From contig OZ024749.1 of NCBI GenBank assembly GCA_964016885.1, forward strand, positions 30,194,001 through 30,258,000: a DNA stretch of 64,000 nt, in the 5' to 3' direction. How positions within the stretch are numbered: position 1 is the first letter of the stretch; the number at the start of each line of letters is the position of its first letter. Origin of the DNA: Eledone cirrhosa (Eukaryota). Positions 28,376-41,300 of this stretch are shown piece by piece. The position numbers and the translations under genes were made by a program. A model generated the notes under the pieces. The model did no database searches. It saw nothing but the letters and a program-made list of their open reading frames with translations, and was not told the origin of the DNA.

Positions 28376-28424
28376 TAAGTAAGACCCCGACGGTTGAGCT
28401 CAAGCCGTTTCGACGGCTAATTCT
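28373..28424 (-). mobile_element. Single arm of the family B terminus
   Basis: AAGTAAGACCCCGACGGTTGAGCTCAAGCCGTTTCGACGGCTAATTCTG. Confidence 0.7.
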
Positions 28425-28532
28425 GTACTGTACTATATATATGTAAAAGGTAAACAGAAATAACAACAAAAGCTCTACAGTATATGGAAGGTATATATAA
28501 GGTTAACGCTTGATATAGCAGGAAGAGGGTAT

Positions 28533-28560
28533 TAACGTTTCGGCGCTAGTCCTTCATCAG
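28533..28560 (-). ncRNA. Minimal Penelope-type hammerhead motif (family G)
   Basis: Minus strand: CTGATGAAGGACTAGCGCCGAAACGTTA; stem I weak. Confidence 0.55.
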
Positions 28561-29070
28561 AAGAAAGAATGAGAAATAAAATAGATTAAGGGACGGGCAG
28601 GATGGAATTGAAGAAAAATGTCTTTAGATAAAAATAATAGGTCCATTCATGTATGTATATATATATATGACACTTCTCCAGCCATCCACTCCATACCATG
28701 GAAACTATCCAGCATCTCTTCTCACACTCGATGGAAATACCTCAGGAACTTACCCACGAACATACACTCACATTTTTTTTCGCACCACGCCACCTACAAC
28801 CATACCACATATAAACAAAAACACACACGGGCGTACCCCCACTTATATACACTCTCAACCTCCGGAATCCAGAACATGGAACCTCGTCCTTCTTCTCACA
28901 TACACACACACACACTCACGTACACCTACACACATACACAAACACTACCTTCAACCTTCCCCGCTTCGAACCCCCCCCCTCGCCCAACTCTACCCGCTAC
29001 CACCCTTACACGCCTTACACGCTTCAACCACTTGCGCATCTTTTTGTTAATTCTTGTTTATTTTTCGTTT

Positions 29071-29193
29071 ATTTTTATTTTTATTTTTATTTTTATTTTT
29101 ATTTTTATTTTTATTTTTATTTTTATTTTTATTTTTATTTTTATTTTTATTTTTATTTTTATTTTTATTTTTATTTTTATTTTTATTTTTATT
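29071..29193. repeat. (ATTTTT)n microsatellite
   Basis: Direct reading. Confidence 0.95.
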
Positions 29194-29264
29194 TGTTCTC
29201 CTTCCTCCCTTTTTCTAAATGCATTTCCACACACCCTCGGAACTCTCTTCCTAACCTATTTATC

Positions 29265-29292
29265 CTGAAGAAGGACTTATGCCCGAAACGTC
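29265..29292 (+). ncRNA. Minimal Penelope-type hammerhead motif (family G)
   Basis: CTGAAGAAGGACTTATGCCCGAAACGTC; downstream AAGCGT.AACCT is shared with the 28533 copy; stem I not evident. Confidence 0.5.
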
Positions 29293-29382
29293 CCCCCCCC
29301 TCTCAAAAGCGTGAACCTAATATTTGTCTGCCTCTCTGTTTTCTTTCCGTATAAATTTGCACTAAATATATATATATATATA

Positions 29383-29490
29383 TAATTGTTTCTACTATTG
29401 GCACAAGGCCAGCAATTACCCAGTACTTTACTGGTACTTTATTTTATCGACCCTGTAAGGATGAAAGGCAAAGTTAACCTCAGCAGATAT
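29383..29490 (-). mobile_element. 3' part of the tRNA-derived Nin/Deu-domain SINE
   Basis: Reverse complement GAGGTTAACTTTGCCTTTCATCCTTACAGGGTCGATAAAATAAAAGTACCAGT. Confidence 0.8.
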
Positions 29491-29545
29491 ATAATATGTG
29501 TGTGTTTGTGCGTGTATAGGTACATTTAAAGAAAAGTATAAATTC

Positions 29546-30230
29546 GCTGAAAGAGAGAGTGAGAGAGAAATAGAGAGAGGAGAAGGTGAGAAAGAGGATG
29601 TGTAAAGAGTAATAGAGAGAAGAAGAGATGAGAAAGAGGGTGTTTAAAGAGAAATAGAGAGAGGAGAAGGCGAGAAAGAGAGTGTGTGAAGAGAATATAC
29701 GCAGAATTATATCAAGAAACACAAACTGGAAAATATAGAAATAATGAACTAGAGTTTTGGCATATAACTTGACGTGGCTTTGTGGTCTCATGTTAATACA
29801 CGAGACCACAAAGCCACGTCAAGGTATATGCCAAAACTCTAGTTCATTATTGTATCGGTAGAGGGTCGGACGCCATGTTTTCCAGCATAGTTACGTCCCT
29901 TTACCGTCTGAGTTCAAATCCCGCCGAAGTTAACTTTGCCTTTCATCCTTACGGGGTCGATAAAATAAAGTATCAGTAATGTACTGGGTAATTGCTGGCC
30001 TTGTGCCTAAAGTAGAAACAATTATTTCTATATTTTCCAGTTTGTGTTTCTTGACATGTAATCTTTGATATAATTCTGCGTATATTCTCTTCACACACTC
30101 TCTTTCTCGCCTTCACCTCTCTCTATTTCTCTTTAAACACCCTCTTTCTCATCTCCTCTTCTCTCTATTACTCTTTACACATCCTCTTTCTCACCTTCTC
30201 CTCTCTCTATTTCTCTCTGACTCTCTCTTT

Positions 30231-30233
<3 letters not shown>
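29546..30233. repeat. Long palindrome (~245-bp arms) with a SINE inserted in the right arm
   Basis: Centre GTGGTCTCATGTTAATACACGAGACCAC; the GA-rich left arm is mirrored by a TC-rich right arm. Confidence 0.9.
29852..30020 (+). mobile_element. tRNA-derived Nin/Deu-domain SINE with ATTATT duplication
   Basis: B box GAGTTCAAATCCC; core TTTGCCTTTCATCCTTACGGGGTCGATAAA. Confidence 0.85.
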
Positions 30234-30269
<36 letters not shown>

Positions 30270-30370
30270 TCTAGCTTTTCTTCTCTCTCTTGCTTTTCTT
30301 CTCACTCACACTCTCTCCATATTCATCCCCCATCTATTCATTCATTTATCGATCTACCTATCTACCAACA

Positions 30371-30371
<1 letters not shown>

Positions 30372-30435
<64 letters not shown>
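30372..30435. repeat. (TATC)n microsatellite at the 5' flank of the Tx1 array
   Basis: Direct reading. Confidence 0.95.
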
Positions 30436-30653
30436 CTGGGATGGACACACGCGTATAACTTGCTGAGTAAGTTCTGTTTAAATTTCTATAGAAATTCTTG
30501 TCTGATAACTTTAATTTTTGTACCATTTTGTAGAGGGACTGCCAGGTCAAACTTTGATCTGGTCAGTCTCTCAAAATATTCTACGCCTTTAGGCGAAATA
30601 GTTAAACAAAAAAAAAAAAGTTTTTTCTTGTTGAAAAGTCAATATTTTTTTAA

Positions 30654-32451
30654 ATGGCCGAAGCTTCTTCACCAAAATTCGAAGGAGGAAAGGGGAAGAT
30701 GAACTTACAGCTTCCCCCTGCCACTGTCACAGTAGCAGAGGTCAAGAAGAAAGGTCAGCCAGAGGAAGAATTCTCTCCACCTGTTAACCGACAACTTGAC
30801 GTTGCCATGGCAACAACCCAAAGAACCAGCAGCAACAGCAACAACAACAACAATGCGACGGACGAAAACAACACCAATAACAATAACAATAACAACAACA
30901 ACAAGACCAATAACGGTGACAACAACAACAATGATAACAACAACACCACCAACGACAACAACAACACAAACAAACAACATTTCTCCTTCGCCGAGACGAC
31001 AAGGAAAACCCTCGACTATCTGCCAGTAGATATAACAAAAGCGAAGGAGCTACTGGCGGATGCGAAAAAATATATAGTGTACGGAGAAAATGGTTCATTC
31101 ACAATCCATTCCCCCCCCCCCGGAACTAAAAAGCCAGAGACTCCTAAACACGGTCATGTTTAGGACAATCTCGAACAAAAGTAAAAAACCAGCTCAACCA
31201 TCACAGAGCGAGATAGAGCTGGTTTTAAAAGACGTCATGAAGGACATCACCTTCATTCAGAAGGATAGACTCTACGGGAGTCTATCCATTCGCATGAAGG
31301 ACAGGGACACAGCAGTGAAACTGTCCATCAAACCAATCACATCCACCGCATACACCTTCTACCCTACGTACATGGGTAGAAGAACACAAAAAATAAAAAT
31401 CCACATCATCCTGCCGATTATGGACATATGGTGGGTTTTGACAGGTTTTCTGGACCTCGAGGATGACATGCTGGTGTCCATGGGAAAGGCATCGGGTGAC
31501 GCGTTCAGTGGAACGAGCCTCGAACTTGTAGTTCAAATGAGGCCCGAAAGGATCGCCCAGATCCCTGAACGCGTCATACTGGATGATCTAACCTTCATCA
31601 ACATTACCGTTGAGGGTAGACGGCCCTCGTGTTACCTCTGCGGAACCAGAGGTCACCTGAGGGCTGTCTGTCCCCAACTTAATAAGAAAACCCCAATCCT
31701 GCCTACACCACCAACAACTGCACAACCAACACAATCACCACAACTACCACTACAAAAACAACCACCACAGCTTAAACCAAAACAAAACAATGTCCAACCC
31801 ATCCCCTCCACTCAAAAAACAAAAACAATTTCCAAAACACCCGTACCGCAAACACAACCCGAAAATATACCCCTCCCCTCCAACGCGGAAGATGACCCTA
31901 GTTCGTCGTCAGACGAGGAGGAGCACTTCCACACAATCAAAAGAAAAAAAAGAAAACACACCTCAGACACACAAATGAAAAAAACCCCTCCCCAAAACAT
32001 AACACTGACACCAACACAAAAGAGCTCACAACAACAGCAAACAAAAAACACCACACAAAAACAAAAACATGCATACACATACATAAATACAAGAAACAAA
32101 AAACTGTTAAACATTGTGTACAACAACAATCTAATAAAAACACAAGGGCCTAACTTCACCCAGGCAGGGGATTTCCCCCACCTCAAAATGATTAAGGCCC
32201 CACAGGACACCTATAAAACTTTAAAAAACAATTTTAAAGAGGACGTGGGTCCCCCCTGCGTCGGGCCCATTAACCGCGTCCTCCTAAAAAACTATCCCAC
32301 CCCCTTCCCAAACACCCACACAACTCCAAGCTCCCCAACCACACAACACACTAATGCCCCCACACTTCCACAAACCACCACCCCACCCAACAACCCATCC
32401 CCCACCCTAATGGAAATTGTGCAGCCCGATACCCGGGACGCAGAGAGGTAA
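30654..32451 (+). pseudogene. E1 ORF1 (gag-like, CCHC zinc knuckle), frameshifted in the C11 run at 31111-31121
   Basis: ORFs 30654-31163 and 31090-32451 join to align with E2 ORF1; CYLCGTRGHLRAVC; KRKKRKH. Confidence 0.88.
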
Positions 32452-32475
32452 GTGCCTTTTCTCTTCACCACCAAC

Positions 32476-35400
32476 ATGGCTATGCTAAGAGTAGGCTGTT
32501 TAAATGCGCGTGGCCTGCGCTCAACTTGGAAGCAAGCAATGCTTCTAAATGACCTCAGGTCACAACGTATAGATGTGATGGTTATTTGCGAGGCCCGGAT
32601 CAGCAACGTGCGACAGCTGGCCCCCACCTTTGATGACTTTGAGATGCACGCATCTCTCTGTCAGCCCGGAGGTGGGGGTGGAGTTGTCGTTCTGCTGCAA
32701 AAACATCTGGGTCTCGCAACACAGATGGTACATTTGGACCCGGAGGGTCGACTAGTGGTTCTGGACCTTGGCAGTGGTAAAGGCGGAGCGTTTAGGTTGG
32801 TAGCCGCCTACGGCCCTTTCGGGTCAATGCGGCCGGACTTCTTCCATCGTCTGGAGACTTTTCTAGGGACGTCCCGCTCCTTGCTATTAGTGGGGGACTG
32901 GAATGGTATCCTAGATGCACGCTGGGACTACGTAGGGGCCTGCCCCGATAGAGAGGGGTGTAATAGCCTCGAAGGGTTAATCGGTCGATTTGACCTGGCC
33001 GATAGATATCGACTAGATTTTCCGACTGCGCCAACCTGGACTTGGGCAAATCGTAGCGGATCATCTAGGTCGTACCTAGATAGGTTCTTAGTTAGAATTA
33101 AGGATAAGGACTTTTTAAGTTGTCCAAAAATGTGCATGGTTGGCTATTCAGACCACAAATTAGTGACCTGCATGGTCAACCTTGACAGAACTCATAGACA
33201 GGGCCCCGGTTACTGGAAGCTCAACTTGTCCTTGCCGGCAAGTAGAGCCTACAGGAATCGGATTAGTACGTTAGTTAAGGAACGGTTGACTGGAGCGATC
33301 GTCAACAGCAGGTGGTGGGTATCTCTAAAGAGAGAGATTAGAGTAGTCTCGATAGAATTTAGTAAGGTTCTAGCTGCGGATAGGAATAGGAAGGAAAGGG
33401 AGCTAATAGATAGAGTAGAAGAGGCAATTAGAAGCGGCGACGTGGCCAGAGTGCTAGCGTCGAGAACGGCTTTGAGCCAGTTTTTTGACGCGAAGCACGA
33501 AGGCTGCGTTGTCAGAAGTAAAATACGTGCTCTAGGGAACGAGGGGACCAAAGCTGTTAGCTGGGCCCGCGTGACAGAGGCCAACAGTGGAACTAAATCC
33601 ACCATCCGGTCTTTGCGAGACCTGGATGGACGGGCGATTCTTGAGCCTAAGCAGATGTGTGAGGCCTTTCAAAGGCACTTTGCCCGACTGTTCGGAAGGG
33701 GCGGGGAGCCGGTTGGGAACGTGGACTTCGGTCCATACCTCGACGGCCTGCCGCGCCTCTCGGACAGGGAGGCGAAGCCCTGCGAGAAGCCGATTTCGGC
33801 CGCTGAGATAGAGGACGTGCTGAGCCAATGCGGCAAACGCAAATCCTCGGGTCTCGATGGTCTTCCTTACGAATTATATCTAGCTATGCCGGACTTGTTC
33901 CCCGATCTCCTCGAGGCGGTCTACTGCAACTGGCAACAGAACGGGAGAATTCCCTGTACTGTGACCAAGGGCGTAGTCACGCTAGTGAGGAAGGACGAGA
34001 ACAAGGGGGACGAAATAAGTAACTTCAGGCCCATAACTCTGCTAAATACAGAGTTACAGATTTTGGCCAAGGTGCTAGCAAAGAGGTTGGCGCTTGTCGT
34101 GGGCAACCTGGTGGGAGATGCGCAGACATGCGCTATCCCGTTCAGGTCCATCCATGACAACCTCCACCTCATGCGATACATCATAGAGAGGGTTGGGAAC
34201 GAACCCGGCTTTGGTGGGGCTCTGATCAACTTGGATCAATCTAAGGCGTTCGATAGGGTCGAATATGGTTACCTGGATGCGGTGCTAGTGGCGGCAGGAT
34301 TCGGACCCGTTTTCAGGGGCTGGATCACTGCTATGCACAGCAGCCGCATCTGCTCTAGGGTCAAGGTGAACGGCTACCTCTCGGAGCCGTTCAAAATCGC
34401 GCGGTCCATCCGACAAGTTGCCCTCTCTCCTCCCTTCTGTATGTGTTGACTCTCGAGCCACTACTGCGGAAGTTGGAGTTGTTGCAGGGCATCCCTTTGG
34501 AACCGGGATTGCGGAAAGCGGTGTCGGCCTACGCCGATGACGTGACAGTAATGGTGTCGACGGCCTCCGAAATCGAGGCGGTCGGCACCTTACTGGAGGA
34601 GTACGAAAAGTTCACAGGGGCTAAGCTGAACCGGGACAAGTCGATCGGTTTGCAACTCGGCACGTGGAGGGGCAGACCGATGCCCTCCGATGGCGTCGTC
34701 GGACGCTGGACGGAGGGCCCGGTGAAGTTGCTCGGGGTCTGGTTCGGACCGGACCTCCAGGTGGAGAAAAACTGGGCGGAGGTTACGAACAGGGTGTTTG
34801 CACTGACCCAGAAGTGGGCCAGTTGCAAACTATCCCTGAAAGGTCGGGCGGAGGTGGCGAACACCTACATAGCGTCCGTCATCTACTACCGCCTGACCGT
34901 AGTGCCCTGCCCAAGGGAAACCCTCACCAAGATGGAGCGCGCGCTCTTCCAATTCCTTTGGAAGAGGCGGGCTCCTATGGTGAGGAGATCCATCTGCTGT
35001 CAACACCCTTCGAAAGGAGGGCTGGGGATGCCGTGGCTAATGATGCGTAAACACGCATTAAGGCTACGGCACCTCTACGTATTCCTCACCGGACAACCGG
35101 TGTGGGCCTCGTTTGTGAGACGAACCTTTCCCAGACTCGTCTCACTCACCGAGCTGCAATCCTGGGTCAAGCAAAGACCGAGAAAACTGGGCGCCTGGCA
35201 CACTGAGTGTGCCCAGGCGCTCACCGCCCTCTGGCAGGCGGATCCGGTTATCAGTGGAGACTCCACCGCAACATTCTATAGAGGGCTGGTACGCAGCAGG
35301 TACGACGACGCCCTCGGAGAAGCCCTAGACATGGAGGAGGACGAACTGGCCAGCCTGTTCGGTAGGACATTCAGCCCGGGACCTATGGACAACTTCCAGA

Positions 35401-35912
35401 AGTCCCTGGCCTGGCAGTGCTACCGAGGGGCTTTACCCGTTCGAGAAAGGCTCTACAGACACGGGCGCCCGGGTAGGGACCCCGCCAAAAAGATCTGTCC
35501 CAGATGCGTGTGCGACGAGGAAACCGTTGCACACGCATTGGTACACTGCTCGGGCGTAGCCGATCTGTGGGGCTATGTCGAACAACTGCTGTCAAGGGTG
35601 GGACCGATCCGGTTGACCACCGAGTCTATTGTATTGATCAAGCCGCCTCCCCCCTTCAAATTGGAAGCAGAGGCGGTGTTTCTGTGCGTAATAGCCATGG
35701 CGAAAGAGGTTGTATGGTGGACGCGTCTGAAAGGACTGAGGTCAGGCACCTTTCTCTCTGGCCAACAACTGGTCCGTTTCTTCCGTTATCATTTCGGAAG
35801 AAGGATCAGGATGGAGAGAGAGGTGCTGCACCCCAGCCGTTTCTATGAAAGATGGGTGAAAGTGGCGAGAATGGCCCGTGTGAATGGGCCTTCACTCTAC
35901 ATCAGACTATAG
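32476..35912 (+). pseudogene. E1 ORF2 (APE endonuclease + reverse transcriptase), 1-bp frameshift at the RQGCPLS motif (~34415)
   Basis: GCLNARG, GDWNG, SYLDRF, SDHK, FRPITLLN, LDQSKAFDRV, YADD, CPRC..HALVHC. Confidence 0.92.
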
Positions 35913-36439
35913 GTGAGGAAGATGAAAGACCAAGGGAGCACCCCTTCTCTGTGCTCCTGAGGAGAAGGGTTGCACACTTTTTTCGGGGGTGTATGCGACC
36001 CCCCAAGGCGCCTCCTCTCTATTGAGGATTTTGTTATAAATTTTATTTTTTGTTATATCTTATTTTATTTTTATATTTTGTTATTGCCTCCTCCTTATTG
36101 AGGACGCCTTTTTGTGTAAACTCCCCCCTTTGTACTTGTCCCACTTTTGATGCCCTAGTGGCAAATAAAAGAAACATATCTATCTATCTATCTATCTATC
36201 TATCTTGATAATCTAGCTGTCGTCTGTTCTACAGTGTGGATGTCATTCACTTCGCACAGAAGTTTTGTTCAAATTTATTGAGGAAATTTTGTGAGTTCAA
36301 ACTTAATTTTGATACAATTGTGTAGCTTGACCCTCCGTCTGAACTGTCAGGCGGTGGGTCAGCTCATCTTTACCCCTCCTAGAGGTGAAAAACCTGTTTT
36401 AAAAAATTTTGTGTAAAAAATTTCAATCGTCTAACAGAA

Positions 36440-38317
36440 ATGTTGAACGCAGCGAACGAAAATAGTGGTGGGGGGACAGCGGTAAGAGTTGTAAGCTCGC
36501 ACGCTTTAGTCCTCCCTTCCTTCCCAACTAACGTCATAGAGAAGGAAGGAAAAATGAAAATAAAAACGGACGAATCTGCGGAGGAAAAATTAAATGACGA
36601 AAACAACGAAAAAAAAAAATTTGAAAAATTGCATGACAATACTAATAACACAAACAAAGACACAACAAACAAAAAAATAACAGTTGAAAATAACATCATA
36701 TCAGAAAACAAAGCAGACGACAAGATTTCTTTTGCACAGAAAACAAAGAAATCTTTGACTTATATAGCGGAAAACATTTCAGATGTGGTACGAAGGATCA
36801 CGGACGCAAAACAATACATAAGTGAAGGTGAGAATGGTATTTTATTGGTAAAAATGCCTCAAGAATTCACGAAAGACATTGAAAGCCGAACGGTCAAGTT
36901 TCGGACCATCAACAACAGTACAAAAAAACCTGAACAGCCTTCTCAAGCAGATATCAAAACAGTACTCGCAGAAGTACTGAATGAAACAACTTTCATAAGA
37001 AAAGACAGACTGTATGGAAGCCTAGCAATTATCATGAAGAACGAATCGGCGGCAAAAAAATGTGCTTTGTCACCGATTCGTTCGAAAAATTTCACCTTTT
37101 ATCCATCTTATATGGGAAAAAAAACTCAACGCATATGGCTGGATGCAATGATGCCAGATGTGGACTACTGCTGGCTCATAGCTGGCTTCATCGATCCAGT
37201 GAATGACAACGTGATTTCCATTGGGAAAACCACAGGCAATGCGTTCAGTGGAACAGGTATAGAGCTGGTAGTACAAATGAAGCCTGAACGCATCGCCCAA
37301 ATACCCGACAGAATCCTATTAGAGGACCACGGGTATATAAACATTAGCGTGGAGGGGAGAAGGCCATCCTGCCATATCTGTGCAGGCAGAGGGCACCTGA
37401 AGGCCGCTTGTCCACAACTCAACAAAAAGAAAACTCTGCTACCAACACCAGCTCCACCACCACCACCACAACAGATAAACAAACAACAAAACTCAGTCCC
37501 ACCCAACCCGTCCCTCAGTAACACCACAACACCACCACAACACAAACAGTCACAACACATTACCCCAAAACAAAATACAGGCCCACCCAACCTCTCACTC
37601 AATAAAACAACACAACCACCGCAGACACAACACACAACACAGTCTAACATAGTGACATCCATCTCCCCCACAAAGAAAACCAACACGGAAACATTACCAG
37701 CAAACATACCTCTTCCCTCCAACACTGAAGATAACCCAACGAATTCGGAGGAAGAAACGGAGTCCTTCAGACAGATTAAAAGGAAAAAAAGAAAACATGT
37801 GCAAAACACACAAGGACAAACAACCCCCACCCAAATCGCAACACAATCTAACAAAACAGAAAACACCCCTCCAGCAACAAACAAAACCAAACCTGCCCCT
37901 CCCCTCTTCGAAACACTCACACCATCGGAAAAAAAGACATTACACTATACTTACATCAACAGAAACAATAATAAATTAAATGAACTCATATACAATAATC
38001 CTTCGGTACAAACCGAAGGTGTAAACTTTGTTTCATCAGAAAACCACCCACATTTAAAACTAATAAAAATCCCAATGAACCTCTACCAAAAACTAAAAAA
38101 GGATTTTAAGGAGGACGTAGGACCACCCTCTGTCAAACCCATAAACCGCGTCCTACTAAAAAGCTTTCCCCCTCCCCTTCCCCTCCCCAACACAACTCCA
38201 AACACCCCAACCCCACCACACACCGACGACCCCACACCACCACAAGACACCCCTTCACCCAACACCCCCGACCCCATGGAAGTCGTGCAACCCGAACCCC
38301 GGGAAGCGGAAAGGTAG
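36440..38317 (+). CDS. E2 ORF1 protein (625 aa, CCHC zinc knuckle, P/T/Q-rich linker)
   Basis: CHICAGRGHLKAAC; aligns with E1 and E3 ORF1. Confidence 0.92.
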   Translation: MLNAANENSGGGTAVRVVSSHALVLPSFPTNVIEKEGKMKIKTDESAEEKLNDENNEKKKFEKLHDNTNNTNKDTTNKKITVENNIISENKADDKISFAQKTKKSLTYIAENISDVVRRITDAKQYISEGENGILLVKMPQEFTKDIESRTVKFRTINNSTKKPEQPSQADIKTVLAEVLNETTFIRKDRLYGSLAIIMKNESAAKKCALSPIRSKNFTFYPSYMGKKTQRIWLDAMMPDVDYCWLIAGFIDPVNDNVISIGKTTGNAFSGTGIELVVQMKPERIAQIPDRILLEDHGYINISVEGRRPSCHICAGRGHLKAACPQLNKKKTLLPTPAPPPPPQQINKQQNSVPPNPSLSNTTTPPQHKQSQHITPKQNTGPPNLSLNKTTQPPQTQHTTQSNIVTSISPTKKTNTETLPANIPLPSNTEDNPTNSEEETESFRQIKRKKRKHVQNTQGQTTPTQIATQSNKTENTPPATNKTKPAPPLFETLTPSEKKTLHYTYINRNNNKLNELIYNNPSVQTEGVNFVSSENHPHLKLIKIPMNLYQKLKKDFKEDVGPPSVKPINRVLLKSFPPPLPLPNTTPNTPTPPHTDDPTPPQDTPSPNTPDPMEVVQPEPREAER

Positions 38318-38350
38318 GTCTCTACACTCTCCTTTGGCTCTGCCGCCCAC

Positions 38351-41300
38351 ATGGATGTGTTAAGAGTAGGATGTTTGAATGCACGTGGCCTGGGCTCAAC
38401 TTGGAAGCAAGCAAAGCTTCTAAATGACCTCAGGTCATGTAGTATAAATGTAATGGTTATCTGTGAGACTCGAATCAGCGTCATGCGGCAGCTGGCCCCC
38501 ACCTTCGATGACTTTGAGGTGCATGCATCTCTCTGTCAACCTGGAGGTGGGGGTGGGGTTGTCGTGCTGCTGCAAAAACACCTGGGTCTTGCCGTACAGG
38601 TTGTGCACTCGGACCCGGAGGGTCGTTTGTTGGTGCTAGACGTTGGCAGTAGTGAAAGTGCGGCCTTGAGACTGGTCGCCGTCTACTCCCCTTTCGGAGC
38701 TGAACGGCCCGACTTCTTCCAGCGTTTGGAGACTTTTCTGGGAACGTCGCGTTCCCTGCTTCTAGCGGGGGATTGGAATGACATCCTGGATGCACGTTGG
38801 GACTATGCAGGAGCATGTCCTAATAGAGGGGGGTGTAACAGCCTCAAGGGGTTACTCGACCGTTTTAACTTGGTCGATAGATATCGACTAGATTTTCCAA
38901 CTGTGCCTACCTGGACTTGGAGAAACCACAGTGGTCAATCTAGATCGTACTTAGATAGATTCTTAGTTAGAAGTAAGGATAGGGACATATTAAGCTGTCC
39001 AGAAATGCGCACGGTTGGCTACACGGATCACAAATTAGTGACCTGCGTGGTCAATCTCGAGAAAACACATAGACAGGGTCCCGGTTACTGGAAACTTAAT
39101 TTGTCGTTACCGGCAAAAGAGACTTACAGAAACCGGATTAGCAGATTAGTTAAGGAGAGGTTGACGGGTGCAATCGTCAACAACCGATGGTGGGCATCTC
39201 TCAAAAGAGAGATTAGAACAGAATCAATAAGTTATAGCAAGATGTTAGCTGCCAATAGGAATAGAAACGAGAAAGAATTAACAGGTAAATTAGAAGAGGC
39301 AATCAAGAGCGAAGATGTGGCCAGAGTGATGGCATCGAGGACGGCCTTGAACCAGTTTTTCGATGCAAAGCATGAAGGCTGCGTCATTCGAAGTAAAATA
39401 CGTGCTCTAGGTAATGAGGGGGCCAAAGCCGTTGGATGGGCCCGCGTGACAGAAGCTAAAAGTGGAAATCGATCCACCATCCGGTCGTTGCAAGACGAAG
39501 ATGGACGAGTGATCCGGGAGCCTAAGCAGATGTGCGAGGCCTTTCAAAAGCACTTTGCCCGATTGTTCGGGGGAGGCGAGGGTCCGGGCCGGGGCGTGGA
39601 TTTCGGTCCATACCTCGACGGCCTGCCGCGTCTCTCGAACAAAGAGGCAGAGTCCTGCGAGGGACCAATCTCGGCTGATGAGATCGGAGATGCGCTGAGC
39701 CAATGCAGCAGACGCAAATCTCCAGGTCTCGATGGTATACCTTACGAACTTTATTTAGCAATGCCGGTCTTCTTCTCCGAACTCCTCGAAGCGGTCTACT
39801 GCAATTGGCAGCAGAACGGGAGAATTCCTTGTTCTGTAGCCAAGGGCGTAGTCACGCTGGTGAGGAAGGACGAGAACAAGGGGGATAGTATAAATAATTT
39901 TCGGCCCATAACCCTGCTAAACACAGAGTTAAAGATTTTGGCCAAGGTGTTAGCAAAGAGGTTGGCGCTTGTCGTGGGTGGCCTGGTGGGAGATGCGCAG
40001 ACATGTGCTATCCCATCCAGGTCCATTCACGATAACCTCCACCTCATGCGATACATCATAGAGAGGGTTGGCAACAAACCCGGCTTCGGTGGGGCCCTGA
40101 TCAACTTGGATCAGTCTAAGGCCTTCGATAGGGTCGACCATGGTTACCTGGATGCGGTGCTAGCGGCGGCTGGGTTCGGTCCTGTTTTCAGAGGCTGGAT
40201 CACTGCCCTACATAGCAACCACATCTGTTCTAGGATCAAGGTGAACGGCTACCTTTCGAAGCCGTTCGAAATCACACGATCCATTCGACAGGGGTGCCCT
40301 CTCTCCTCCCTTCTGTACGTATTGACTCTCGAGCCTTTACTGAGGAAGTTGGAGTTGTTGCAGGGTATCCCCCTGGAACTAGGATTGAGCAAAGCGGTGT
40401 CGGCCTACGCCGATGACGTAACAGTAATGGTATCAACCGACTCGGAGATCGAGGCGATCGGTACCTTACTGGAGGAGTACGAAAGGTTGTCAGGAGCGAA
40501 ACTGAACCGGGAAAAATCCATCGGGCTGCAACTCGGAACGTGGAGAGGCAAACCGATGCCTCCTGACGGTGTCGTCGGACACTGGACGGAGGGCCCGGTA
40601 AAGTTGCTTGGGGTCTGGTTTGGACCGGACCTCCAGGTGGAAAAGAACTGGAACGAGGTTACGAACAAGGTGTTTGCACTAACCCAGAAATGGGCCAAGT
40701 GTAAGCTGTCCCTAAAAGGCCGGGCGGAGGTGGCGAACATTTACATAGCGTCCGTCACTTACTACCGCCTGACTGTCGTGCCTTGCCCTAAGGAAACACT
40801 CACCACCATGGAACGCATGCTCTTCCAATTTCTTTGGAAGAAGCGTCCTCCTATGGTGAGAAGATCCATCTGCTGCCAACAACCTTCGAAAGGAGGGCTG
40901 GGGATGCCGTGGTTGATGATGCGTAGGCACGCATTAAGGCTACGGCACCTACAGGTATTCCTCACTGGTCAACCGGTGTGGGCTCCGTTCGTGAAACGAG
41001 CCTTTCCGAGACTCGTCTCACTCACCGAGCTACAGTCCTGGGTCAAGCAAAGATCCGGAAAACTGGGAGACTGGCACACTGAGTGTGCTCAGGCGCTCAG
41101 GGCTCTCTGGCAAGCGGGCCGGGCCATCGGTGGAGAATCCACCTCATCATTCTATAGAGGGCTGGTGGCTAGCAGGGGCGATGACACCCTTGGAGAGTCG
41201 CTGGACATGGAAGAAGACGAACTGGCCAGCCTGTTCGGTAGGACTTTCGGCCCAGGACCAATGGACAACTTCCAGAAGTCACTGGCCTGGCAGTGCTACC

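Larger units (their letters stand above)
30436..36176 (+). mobile_element. Full-length Tx1/L1-clade non-LTR retrotransposon, copy E1
   Basis: 5'UTR, ORF1, ORF2 (APE-RT-zinc motif), 3'UTR with AATAAA at 36164, then (TATC)7. Confidence 0.95.
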
